DNA of 39,421 nucleotides from Octopus bimaculoides (GCF_001194135.2 NC_068981.1:18693792-18733212); one strand, 5' to 3'. Shown: positions 11,975 to 23,372, counted from the first letter of the stretch. Numbers and translations are program-made. The notes: a model not told the origin generated them from the letters alone.

Positions 11975-12894
11975 GTAGCTGACGTACCTGGTAATTCCCG
12001 GGAAAGCGGAGCTTATTCTTTGGTTCCGTTCTCATAATTGTTTCGCTAATCCAATAACAATACAAAGTATGTAGCCCTTAAAACGCTTTTTGTGCATTTA
12101 CAGAGAATACCGTACTGTCTTACACAGGATCTTGTTTCTAGAAATTTCCAATAAGTTATGAATACCCAAATTGTGAAGTCAGTTATGTAATAACATTAAA
12201 TTAGCTACCCGATAGTAAGAATTCAAATAAAGTAGCCCCGAAAAGTGTTTTAATGCGTTCCCAGAGTATGTAATGTAGAACATAAGAGGAAATACTAATA
12301 AGGCATGCATACTAAAATCGTGAAGCATGTTACGTAATAACTGGCTAATCAGATATGATATAATAACAATTCAAAGTAAATAACTCTGAAAAGGGCTTTT
12401 GTGCGTTCCCAGAGAATATTACCCTCAAGGGCGCTAGTGTTGGTATATTTGTGAATAAGTCACTAACCGAGATAAGTGGATCTATTATTTAGGAAAATAC
12501 TATTTACTTGTTTAAGGGTTGTAGTGGATAAATGGCAAAAATAATTCTAACAGTTCAAATACTAAGAAATATGCATACTCAATTTCCTTTTTATCCAATA
12601 ATTTAGGAAAAGAAATGGGTAATTTCCCTTGGCTATATATAAGGATCCCTTCCAGGGGCGAATGGGTTATTTCCCTTGGTTTTAAAATAAAATATATTAG
12701 ATATACATGTAAGGATCCCTTCCAGGGGCCCTATTATTGATTTTTTTCAACAATCTGAGTATGCCATGAGGTTTCCAGACATGAGTTCTACAGACGTGTG
12801 AAGTGTCATCAAAATCGATAAAATAATGTAGGAGGAGTTAGCTAACTACTCCACAAACATACCCACAGACAGAATTTCTGACATACGTAGTAGA
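11975..12894 (-). mobile_element. Non-autonomous Helitron-like element, about 920 bp
   Basis: Minus strand starts A|TC at 12894 and ends CTAC|T at 11975 (CTRR-like), with a GC hairpin CCCGG-GAATTA-CCAGG just upstream of the end. No ORF. Confidence 0.65.
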
Positions 12895-13649
12895 TGATAA
12901 GCAACTAGCAAAAGACATTGACTTTCTTCGTAGAATGTGGTTTATTTATCTGATATTTATAAGAGGAACAACCTGAACTTGCCAGCAAATGAAGCAATTT
13001 TTATTTAATACATATACAGAATGCAGTTACCAGGATTATCAGTAAAATTAAATTGTACAAGGAAACGCATGAGAGAAGTGAGTCCCTTCTCTGAAAAGCA
13101 TTTCCCAATTATTTACAGATAATAATCCGAGGCCCTACTGTGTGCATCCACTATTCGAAGATGCTTTTGAGATGGTTAAATTATGCATTTCTAAAAAGAA
13201 AAAAAAAAAACCCAACTATTTTTGCAAAAATTAGAAGAGAAAAAATAACATAGAAGACCAAAATGAAACCTTGGTCTCCGGCAATTTTGTAACTTCTACA
13301 ATTCAAAACACTGAATTGCAGAAAACCCACCATTGAAATAAAAAACGAAGTAAAATACGATTTTTGAAAATTAAAACTTGTGTGAAATGTGATTACAATG
13401 CAGAATAAAATTTTCTTTATTATGACGAAAACCAAATTATTTTTAAATGCTTTTTTTTATAATCTTATCTCGTGTGCAGTGATTTTAGAATAGCAATCCA
13501 AAATTTGACCAAGAAAAGAAAACGAATGGAAGTGGTGCAACGTGGAGGGTTAGGACATTCTAAAATTCAAAAGTTGGAACTAAAGCAACAAGAATCGCAT
13601 TGATAAGCAATACTTACCGTTCTATACTTTATTTAATCATATTAATAAT

Positions 13650-13842
13650 GGTTTAAAATTTCGGGGGAGAGGTTAAGATAATTAGACTGACTCCATCCAC
13701 TGCTCAACTGCTACTTATTTTATCAACCCCGAAATGATGAAAACCAAGTTGACCTCGGCGGAATTTGAACACCGAGCGTAAGGACGAAATGCCGCTAAGC
13801 ATTTTGTCCGGCGTAACAACGGTTCCGCCAGCTTGCTGCCTT
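13650..13842 (-). mobile_element. tRNA-derived SINE, same family as 4094-4212
   Basis: Reverse complement aligns with the 4094 head (GCTGGCGGAACCGTTG...GTTCAAATTCCGCCGAGGTCAAC) and continues into the body. Confidence 0.8.
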
Positions 13843-14169
13843 ATTTAGCCATCTAATATGATTTTATAAACGAAATAATAGAACTGTTCAATTTCAAATT
13901 TAAGTGTATAAGAGTAAGAGAGGGAAGGGTGGTAGTAAGCTGTCAAGACTTTCTATGAATGTCCAGTAATAAATAAATAAATAAATAAATAAATAGCCCC
14001 CAAAAAAAACAACAGAACACTGATATGTGGTGTTCATAAATTTCTATAAAAGGGTCATATCAGAGTTATCACCCATGCTTGTTATTTTTATATATTAAAA
14101 ATCTACAGCGATTTTTTCTATTAATTGTTTAGAAAATATTAATTGGTTGTCATTTTTCACTTCACTCAT

Positions 14170-14197
14170 ATTTATATACGTACATATACAAACATAC

Positions 14198-14230
<33 letters not shown>

Positions 14231-14330
14231 CATACACGTAGAGACACACACACACATATATATGTGCATATATGTGCATATATGTGTGTCTATATATATG
14301 CATGAATATATGTGCATATATATATAGAAC

Positions 14331-14368
<38 letters not shown>

Positions 14369-14651
14369 NNNNNNNNNNNNNNNNNNNNNNNNNNNNNNNN
14401 NNNNNNNNNNNNNNNNNNNNNNNNNNNNNNNNNNNNNNNNNNNNNNNNNNNNNNNNNNNNNNNNNNNNNNNNNNNNNNNNNNNNNNNNNNNNNNNNNNNN
14501 NNNNNNNNNNNNNNNNNNNNNNNNNNNNNNNNNNNNNNNNNNNNNNNNNNNNNNNNNNNNNNNNNNNNNNNNNNNNNNNNNNNNNNNNNNNNNNNNNNNN
14601 NNNNNNNNNNNNNNNNNNNNNNNNNNNNNNNNNNNNNNNNNNNNNNNNNNN

Positions 14652-14706
<55 letters not shown>

Positions 14707-15022
14707 GAAGGAAGACAAACAGAGAAAAGTGTGTCTGCGTTAGAAATAAAGAATGGAGATGGAATAGAAAGAGTAAGAAGTGATAAAGGGTATACGTGTG
14801 TGTTATAGTAAGGAAAGGAGGGAGGGAGAGTGAGAGAAAGAAAGACAAAGAGAGAGAGGGAGAAAGAAAGAACGTGTGTGTGTGTGTGAGAGAGAGAGAG
14901 AAAGAAAAAGAGAGAGAAATACAAAAATGGCGCTAACGATGAACTCTAAAGGAAAGAAACAGGATATGTCTTGCAAGAGCAAATATCTTAATAAATCTGT
15001 ATGCATGTGTATATCTATGTGC

Positions 15023-15064
<42 letters not shown>
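14170..15064. repeat. Cluster of (TA)n, (GA)n, (TG)n and TACA microsatellites around gaps
   Basis: Direct. Confidence 0.9.
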
Positions 15065-15349
15065 NNNNNNNNNNNNNNNNNNNNNNNNNNNNNNNNNNNN
15101 NNNNNNNNNNNNNNNNNNNNNNNNNNNNNNNNNNNNNNNNNNNNNNNNNNNNNNNNNNNNNNNNNNNNNNNNNNNNNNNNNNNNNNNNNNNNNNNNNNNN
15201 NNNNNNNNNNNNNNNNNNNNNNNNNNNNNNNNNNNNNNNNNNNNNNNNNNNNNNNNNNNNNNNNNNNNNNNNNNNNNNNNNNNNNNNNNNNNNNNNNNNN
15301 NNNNNNNNNNNNNNNNNNNNNNNNNNNNNNNNNNNNNNNNNNNNNNNNT

Positions 15350-15517
15350 ATATATATGTTTGTATGTCTGTCTTTGTCCCCCTAACATCGCTTGACAACC
15401 GATACTGGTGTGTTTACATCCCAGTAACTTAGTGGTTCGGCAAAAGAGACCGATAGAATAAGTACTAGGTTTACAAAGAATAAGTCCTGGGGTTGATTTG
15501 CTCGACTAAAAGCAGTG
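15350..15517 (+). mobile_element. 3' half of the GGCGCAGGAGTGGCTG SINE family, truncated
   Basis: Matches the 3' halves of the copies at 31706, 33370 and 34674 (CTTGACAACCGAT...GATAGAATAAGTACTAGG...CTCGACTAAA). Confidence 0.85.
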
Positions 15518-15578
15518 GACACTTGCCCAAGGTGCCACTCAGTGGGACACTGAACCCGGAACCATGTGGTTGGGAAGT
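15518..15578 (-). mobile_element. Inverted head fragment of the same SINE family
   Basis: Reverse complement reads CCAACCACATGGTTCCGGGTTCAGTG...GGCACCTTGGGCAAGTGTC, matching the heads of the full copies. Confidence 0.85.
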
Positions 15579-15949
15579 AAATATACATATACAATTCAGA
15601 AGTGTTGCATAGCGCTTTCAAACCTTTTGTTTTAGGTCCTCCGACATTGGTGGAGGACTAGAGAGGACGAAGCTATTCTGAAACCGGGGACCTAGCCCAA
15701 ATGTTTACAACGGGGTGAGGTCTGGTGAAACCGGCCAGGACAGGTAGTGGTGGGGATAAACCAGGCCACGCCTCGAAGTGTTCCATCTACGGCTCTGTCG
15801 GGAAGATAGAGAACTTAATACAGAGTTAAAGAGTAGATTTGTTGGTTTTAGGGAATTTAAGAAGCAATTCTTCTCTATGATTTGATCGGTTTCATCCCTG
15901 CTGGGGATCTTGCAAACATACATACGCAAATGTCCGTATGTATGTATAT

Positions 15950-16366
15950 TATTATTCAGTGTATTTCAAGAAATAAAGAACCGGTTTCTAACCTAGAGCC
16001 AAGGCTCCTTCATTGAAATTTCAACATCAACAACAGGGTATTTTTGTGTGTATGTATGTATGTATGTATGTATGTATGTATGTATGTATGTATGTATGCA
16101 CGTCATTATTCAGTTTATTTCAAGATTTCTTGCCAATAGGGAAAGAACTGGTTTCTAACTAAGATCCAAGGTTCCTTCATTAGAATTTCAACATCAACAG
16201 GGTATTTTTGTATGTATGTATGTATGTATGTATNNNNNNNNNNATGTATGTATGCACGTCATTATTCAGTTTATTTCAAGATTTCTTGCCAATAGGGAAA
16301 GAACAGGTTCCTAACTAAGATCCAAGGTTCCTTCATTAGAATTTCAACATCAACAGGGTGTTTTTG
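15950..16366 (-). repeat. Tandem trimer of a ~100-110 bp unit separated by (TATG)n; each unit has a hammerhead-like layout
   Basis: Units at about 15950-16046, 16100-16210 and 16256-16366 share ATTATTCAGT...AACTAAGATCCAAGG..CCTTCATT...CAACAGGGTATTTTTG. Confidence 0.85.
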
Positions 16367-16486
16367 TATGTATGTATGTATGTATGTATGTATGCATGTA
16401 TGTATGTATGTATGTATGCAGGTATGTATGTATATATGTGTTTAAGTTTTCCCAGCGTATTAGAGAGAGAGAGAGAGAGTGAGTGA

Positions 16487-16574
<88 letters not shown>

Positions 16575-16720
16575 AAACAAGAGTGATAGAAAGACTATAG
16601 ACACAGGAGTAGATGGAGAGACAGAATGTTAGTTCCTTTCTCTCTGTCACTGCCTGTCTGTCAGTTTGTCTGTCTATCTCTGTCTGTCTTCCTCTTTCTC
16701 TCTCACTATATATGTGTGGG

Positions 16721-16753
<33 letters not shown>

Positions 16754-16804
16754 ATGAGAAGGGGAAAGATAGATAGATAGACAGATAAGGAGGAAAAGAC
16801 AAAA

Positions 16805-16894
<90 letters not shown>

Positions 16895-16920
16895 AGAGAG
16901 AGTTAGAGAGAGAGGGAGAG
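16367..16920. repeat. (TATG)n, (GA)n, (GATA)n microsatellite cluster
   Basis: Direct. Confidence 0.9.
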
Positions 16921-17924
16921 AGAGTATGCTGTAGACACCGACCACGGTGAAATCATTATTGATTTCTGTTGAATCTTGTATTTTTCTAACAGTTGATTGA
17001 TTTACTTGTATGTTGCCTCAATAAATCTCAGTGTCGACTGATTCCGGCGTCTTCACCCCCAGCCCACAGCAACCGCTGCAGCACAAATACTATTGTTCTG
17101 TATTGCTGAAGATATTTCCAAATTAAAATTCTTCATTTGCAGCCTTAATAGCTGTAGAGAAGAACTGAAAAATGTATAAAACCTCAACGAGAGCTACTTT
17201 GACACTGTTTTCTCATATTATTTCATTACAATAAGTGTTAGTCAGTTTGGAACAATGAAGCTTTCACTAATTGAAGCTTTTTATTTCTACTGAAAGGTCA
17301 AACACCCAGTTGCTTAGGTCATTTACATTTATCTGCCAGTCGATTCCTTCATCTCAACTGGCGTCTTGCTGCTTCTATTGTGCTTAAAGAATAGATGGTA
17401 ATGAACAAAACGATAGCGTTATCTCACAGCATTTGGCCATGTATACATGTAGCAGAGCATAGTTTATAAGAATCAGTATGATTGTACGCTTCTTACGGAG
17501 AAGTTTTCTTCAAAATATTTAAATATTTATCCTTGTCTGACAGAAATGTCATAGTCAACATGGCAGATGTTTGATCTTCAAATGCATGTTAAAAGTCATT
17601 GTTTGAATGTTTGATGTTTTTAAAGACATGTAATGTTAGAAAATAAAGCATTTCTGTTTTTGTTTTCCAGTATGCTACGGCGAAATCTTTGTTTTTCATC
17701 CAATTTAAAGTATTCTCAGTTCTTTTGAATGCGATACTTAGATGTAACGCTTTGCCCTTAAGCTGTTGTTTGCTTTTGCTTTAACTTAGATATAGCGGAA
17801 TCAAACTTTAAGTTTTGAAGGAAAAATAGCTGTAAATGATACAGATTTATAACTGGAATATCAACACATGATAGGTGGTGGGTGAAACCTCAGTGCTGTA
17901 AATTTGTGATTTGATAGGTTGTTG

Positions 17925-18095
17925 TTATTTAATCCCAGGCTTTCTTTATCGATCAGATTGATAAGCCACATCATTGCAATTCTGCTTATCGGACACAGTT
18001 TGCTATCATGACATTATTTACTGTGTCCTTCAGTTTTTAAAGACAATGGATTTGTGTGTGATTTAAAGAAGATTCCAATGCTATTTCTTGTAGTT
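17925..18095 (-). mobile_element. Old decayed SINE-like repeat; relatives at about 35850-36050 (-) and 36240-36475 (+)
   Basis: Shared pattern CAAGAAATA.CA...AAAT....AAATCA and a similar TTTAAYCCYAGG/GGGGTTAAAC end between the three places. Confidence 0.4.
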
Positions 18096-19354
18096 TCTGT
18101 GTACCCACCAGTTATTAGTAATGCTTGTCAACAGATTCTGCAGTTATGAAACAGCTAAATCTTCAACTAATTGCCAAAAGAACAGACAAATCTTCAAATA
18201 ATTGCTTACTAGGTTCAGAATAAGGACTAGATGTTTAAGTCCTAAATCTTAGAACACCATATTAACATTAAAAACAAGGTTATCTAAAGCAGCAATTTCC
18301 ACCCTTTCACTAACATGGCCTACTTTACAAAATCAATAATTTTCCGTGACTGTTTTTTGTAACCATTTGATGATAAAAATCAAATATTCAAATATTTAAA
18401 ATTATTAACCAATATAAATGAGATATCGAACTTTTAAAAAATTTCAAAATGAATATACATATTGTCACGAAATTTATTTTACGAAACTATGTTCTTTCAA
18501 TCCATATCCAATATACAAAATACAGTACACAGTGATCTTCAAACATTTGATGAGATTGTTGAGTTTATGTATTTTCTGCAGTGTAATGCGTCCTTGTAAT
18601 AATTGTAGGAACTGTGCATCAAATATTATCTCCTGTCTTTAATTTGTTTTTAATCATAAAAAGTTAGGAAAAGGTAGTTTTGCTCAAGTATGCTATTGGA
18701 AACAAATTCTCAAAGCAAATTCTGAGAATAAAGGAAATTTCCTTTTGTGCTGTATCGAAACACCCGGTCATTTGATATCGCTAAAGTAAAAAGATTCGTT
18801 TTTTACCACAAAATTGTTGATCATTTTAAAACCTTCCACCTGAGCAACTTTGTGAACAACACATACATTGACTGTGAAAGGGTCTGTTACCAGAACATAA
18901 AATTCTCTATTGGTATCGAGAAATAACAAAGCAACTAATCATTAAAATATCGCAAAGCCTCCTTTATTAACAAATAGAAATAATCTTCATCCGCATCATT
19001 TGCATTTTCTTCTAGAAAGTTTAAAAGGTTTGGCAAAAATACAATTTCTTCTTCCCTGCTTTTGAAGCCCATAACTCCGTTTTCATTTTGATTTTACTTT
19101 TTTTCCTAACACAGTGTAAATATTTTGTATTCTCTCAATGTTTACTACGTGTACTAATTTGCATAAACTCATTTTTTTCCCAAATATTCCAGATTTATTT
19201 TATTCTGTATATTTAAGAATATTTTTGTTTATTTCTTATGTTTGTAAAAGAAAAAAAAACCCAATCTAATTTTATTTTAATCCGTAGTCATATTATTTCC
19301 GTATGGAATAATAATGCATTATACATACGCAGTTTCTTAAATAATGACAGAGTT

Positions 19355-19490
19355 GTGGCCGTATGGTTCAGAATTTTACTCAGTATTTACGTGATTTTGA
19401 GTTCAATCTCACTGCAGCAGCACCTTGATCAAGTTTACTAGACAGACATGTGTGTGAAATCTGGCTGATGGAAACTATGTAGAAGTCGAT
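19355..19490 (+). mobile_element. Decayed head of the GGCGCAGGAGTGGCTG SINE family
   Basis: GTGGCCGTATGGTT...GAGTTCAATCTCACTGC..GCACCTTG...GATGGAAACT aligns loosely with the 31706 copy. Confidence 0.55.
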
Positions 19491-19539
19491 CAGAGAGAGT
19501 CATTCTTATTCTTGTATGATAAGCTTAATCTTACTCGGT

Positions 19540-19690
19540 TTAGTTACACCCTTTGGTCCTTGCGTAAGTTTGAAACCCACTTCGTTGCGACATTTTGAGC
19601 CAGCTCTCCGGTCTGAAGATAACTTTTTCCCATCTACCAGTTATGGAGGCCCTGGAATGTTCTTTTCCCTTCTCGTGTAAAAATGTAATG
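19540..19690 (-). mobile_element. Possible mariner N-terminal (HTH) fragment
   Basis: HVITFLHEKGK and ATKWVSNLRK recall mariner N-termini (VIKFLxxKGK, TVxKWVxxFK). Short and frameshifted. Confidence 0.3.
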
Positions 19691-20570
19691 ACGTGTAGAT
19701 TGAATTGAATTTTATAAACTTGCTTCATTTATTAAAAAATATTGTATTTTATAGTGGCTTGCACAGAGAGTGCTTCTATCAGTTTTAGATATCCTCTTTA
19801 ATCATAGTTTGGAACCCAGATCGACAGCTTAGCATAGCAGGAATTGCGTTTGTGCAAACTCCACAGACATTTTCCTATTCTAATGAATGCTTTTCAAAGA
19901 ATTGGTTTAAATTATTGAATACATCTGATGCGGTTGTGATATTTCTAATCATTTGCAAAATTAATATTCTATTATCTTTTCATTTTTAAAACACCGATTA
20001 TACATAATTTATTATGCAAGTCGTTTCATCGAGGTGTATATTTTGTAATACAACAGTAATTTTTTTTCAAGTCCTTCAATGACTTGAGACAGAATGTCGT
20101 TAGATATGTCAATATGAGTAATTCTATGCTTAACAGTGATATTAGACATGGATAAATATTCTTCTTCCTCATCGTAATTCCTAATATATTTCTACAATTT
20201 TCTTGGTATATGAATAAATTTCTGCTTGATATGTGATGTTTTTAATGGGGGAGGGCGCACTATTTTCATTGCTACATTACATGAAGCTTCTGTGACTGCT
20301 AAATTTTTTTTCTGATAACACCCACCACCATCAAACCGTCATTTTATTACCATTTCAGATTTTCATTTAAAAACTTCACATCGTGACTCTTAAACTTACT
20401 ATGATTCGTATTTAAATGCCACTGTAATTTGTTTGGTTTCAATGATAACATTGAAAAGGATTTCCATGCATATGACGCATTATGGCCTTTCTACTCTTAT
20501 AATAACTATGAATGTAAATTCAAATTTCATATAATCATTCACATATTTTCTTTCCGATGAACGCATTATT
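19690..20570 (-). mobile_element. hAT transposon remnant (Buster/Charlie, ZBED5-like transposase)
   Basis: Fragments in order: RKYVNDYMKFEF...ERP*CVICME; AVTEASCNVAMKI; LSNITVKHRI; TASDVFNNLNQFF; VCGVCTNAIPAMLSCRSGFQ. Confidence 0.8.
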
Positions 20571-20834
20571 ACACAAAATAAGGTACTATATGATAATTTA
20601 AGTTTTACTGTTACACTAATGTTGAAAATCAAGCATAAAATATAAATAGTCTTGTTACATGCAACTTGATATTCAGCTTAAAAACGCAATAAACTAATTA
20701 ACTAATTTGCTCTTCATCCTGCCACGGTTGCTCAAATAAGGTTCTTGTTTATTGGGCTCGATTTTATCGGCTGAGTTATATCCTCAATTACCTGGCCTTG
20801 TTCCAACGTAAGAAACTGTTTTAATGGGCAATGG

Positions 20835-20945
20835 TTTCAGAGAGAATCGTTAAATCGTCTGACAAAATGCCTTGTCGTATTCGTTCTGACTCTCGACCTT
20901 CTGAGTTCAAATCCAACCAAGAACTTTAACTTGGTTGGTATATTA
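20835..20945 (+). mobile_element. Decayed SINE head related to 4094-4212
   Basis: AGAATCGTTAA...AAAATGC...TCTGAGTTCAAATCC; partial match only. Confidence 0.5.
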
Positions 20946-20959
20946 GTAGTATCATAACG

Positions 20960-21010
<51 letters not shown>

Positions 21011-21015
<5 letters not shown>

Positions 21016-21240
21016 ATAGAAAGGACAACAAAAGAAAGAGACCTCGATATTATGTAAACAGAGGAATTTATTTGTAAAAATATGTGACACTTATTCGGTA
21101 GCCATGATAAAATTCCGAGTTTCGGATGCCGGAGTGGGAACCCACGCCGCCATCTCTTCAGTTATCCGGCGTGGGTTCCCACCCCGGATAACTCGGAGTT
21201 TTATCATGGCTACCGAATAAGTGTCACATATTTTTACAGA
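21011..21240 (-). mobile_element. Fold-back element with inverted arms and a hammerhead motif, flanked on both sides by (TA)n (Penelope pLTR-like)
   Basis: Arms 21073-21121 and 21190-21238 match at 48 of 49 positions. A nested hairpin spans 21160-21193. (TA)n lies at both edges. Confidence 0.7.
21106..21166 (-). ncRNA. Type I hammerhead ribozyme motif with long stem II
   Basis: GAUAA-CUGAAGA-GAUGGCGGCGUGGGUUCCCACUCCGGCAUC-C-GAAA-CUCGGAA-UU/UUAUC. Stem I 5 of 5 pairs, one extra C before GAAA, one stem III mismatch. Confidence 0.7.
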
Positions 21241-21249
21241 TATATATAT

Positions 21250-21680
21250 AAAAGGTCTGATCGAAAACTATCGGGACTGGTGCTATGAAAAGAAAACTAA
21301 AACAGATAATCTCTCACGAGATTGTCCTTCTCTGAAGCCACCCACTTTATCCAGGGTTGTTTCCATCGATGGAAGCATTCCCGTCGTGTTGTCTTGGATT
21401 TTCTCGACATCTGGAAATCTTTTGGAGTCTTCCACTGTAAAGACTGAGACCTTGTAATCGGGGTCATAACTATACACCCACGAATCCTCACCTGTTATGA
21501 CTATTTTCAAAAACATTTCGTCTTCTTCGACACAAGCAAGGAGATCCTGCGCAGAAGAAACCTGGTCTTCCTTTCGATACCACTTTACACTACACACTTT
21601 ACTTCCAAGCACTGCTATTAACAATGGAAGTGAACAAGAATGTTATAACTTAGTGCGCATGCGTGACAGAGTTCAAAACA
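21250..21680 (-). mobile_element. Internally deleted mariner transposon
   Basis: FLKIVITGEDSWVYSYDP (first catalytic D region, TGDESW-like) joined directly to C-terminal RFPDVEKIQ...CFHRWKQPWIKWVASE. TIR-like GGTCTGATCGAAAACTATCGGGACTG at 21255. Confidence 0.75.
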
Positions 21681-21685
21681 TATAC

Positions 21686-22025
21686 CATCCTCATCGTTTA
21701 ACGTCCGCTTTCCATGCTGGTATGGGTTGGACGGTTTGGCTGAGGACTAGTGAGCCAGAAGGCTGCACCAGGCTCCAATCTGATCTAGCAGAGTTTCTAC
21801 AGCTGGATGCCCTTCCTAACGCCAACCACTCCGAGAGTGTAGTGGGTGCTTTTACGTGCCACCGGCACGAGGGTCAGTCAGGCGGTACTGGCGACGGCCA
21901 CGTTCAAATGGTGTTTTTTACGTGCCACCTGCATAGGAGCCAGTCAAGCGGCACTCGCAACGACCTCGCTCGAATATTGTTTTTCACGTGCCACCGGCAC
22001 AAGTACCAGTAAGGCGACGCTGGTA
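21686..22025 (-). mobile_element. 3' part of a third SINE family with a 66-bp internal tandem repeat and (ATG)-type tail
   Basis: CGTGCCACC recurs at 21855, 21921 and 21987 (66-bp period). Tail CATCCTCATCGTTTAACGTCC. Truncated by the gap. Confidence 0.7.
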
Positions 22026-22594
22026 ATATATANNNNNNNNNNNNNNNNNNNNNNNNNNNNNNNNNNNNNNNNNNNNNNNNNNNNNNNNNNNNNNNNNNNN
22101 NNNNNNNNNNNNNNNNNNNNNNNNNNNNNNNNNNNNNNNNNNNNNNNNNNNNNNNNNNNNNNNNNNNNNNNNNNNNNNNNNNNNNNNNNNNNNNNNNNNN
22201 NNNNNNNNNNNNNNNNNNNNNNNNNNNNNNNNNNNNNNNNNNNNNNNNNNNNNNNNNNNNNNNNNNNNNNNNNNNNNNNNNNNNNNNNNNNNNNNNNNNN
22301 NNNNNNNNNNNNNNNNNNNNNNNNNNNNNNNNNNNNNNNNNNNNNNNNNNNNNNNNNNNNNNNNNNNNNNNNNNNNNNNNNNNNNNNNNNNNNNNNNNNN
22401 NNNNNNNNNNNNNNNNNNNNNNNNNNNNNNNNNNNNNNNNNNNNNNNNNNNNNNNNNNNNNNNNNNNNNNNNNNNNNNNNNNNNNNNNNNNNNNNNNNNN
22501 NNNNNNNNNNNNNNNNNNNNNNNNNNNNNNNNNNNNNNNNNNNNNNNNNNNNNNNNNNNNNNNNNNNNNNNNNNNNNNNNNNNNNNNNNNNNNN

Positions 22595-22641
<47 letters not shown>

Positions 22642-23371
22642 CGTGCGTGTGTATGTATATAAAGAGAACTGGAAAGTAATTATCGTTAAACGGGACTCAA
22701 CTCATAGCATTTTGCTCAACAATAAATAATTTTAAAAAGAAAATATTTCTAATAACTGGCGAAATTTATATTAATTTACAAATCACATGTTAATTAAATC
22801 CTAATACTGGAAAGCAATAATTAATTTTATATCAATCCGTATATATTACAATAAACAGGACTATTCCTAGCAAAAACACTGCTGTATTTATTCAGAGCAG
22901 AAATGTTTAATTTTTCGCGAAATATTCTTGTTTAATGTAATGTACACGCATTAATATAATGATTATTATTGTTTTACAGGAATAGAATCTTAATTATCGT
23001 GTTAATTTTTAATTAGTATAAATTTGAACAGTTATTAGTAATATTTCAAATTTTAAAATTTGGGTAAAAAGCAATGAGTCAGCCGAGTCTTCTTAAACAG
23101 TATCTTGTGCACTGTTTTGTTTAGCTTTCAATACACATACATACATACATACATATACACACACATATATAGTCATGCAAACATACGCACTCACACACAC
23201 TCACATATATACACACATACACACACGCGCATGCATACACAAATACATATATACTTACATAAACACATACATTTTAAATGACCATCGATTATATATCAGA
23301 ATATATTATTTAAATATTTAATTCTAGTTGAAATAGTTTAGCTGTCAAATATCTTCTGTAAAATACTGTCT

Positions 23372-23372
<1 letters not shown>

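Noticed and set aside
13135-13190. Strong minus-strand acceptor giving (E)MHNLTISKASSNSGCTQ*
   Set aside because: The acceptor is a poly-T run common in this genome and the peptide has no independent support. Remains an untested alternative 3' exon.
17060-17382. Minus-strand acceptors at 17383, 17165 and 17152 with short frames (HNRSSKTPVEMKESTGR*, TIEAARRQLR*, FFSTAIKAANEEF*)
   Set aside because: Several mutually exclusive readings and no good donor; cannot be chosen without RNA data.
18664-18690. Kinase glycine-loop look-alike LGKGSFAQV
   Set aside because: No VAxK or other kinase motif follows, there is a stop just upstream and the acceptor is poor; likely chance.
21855-22025. Regularly spaced repeats resembling a CRISPR array (also the 15950-16366 trimer)
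   Set aside because: The spacers resemble each other or are microsatellite, the context is eukaryotic, and there are no cas genes.
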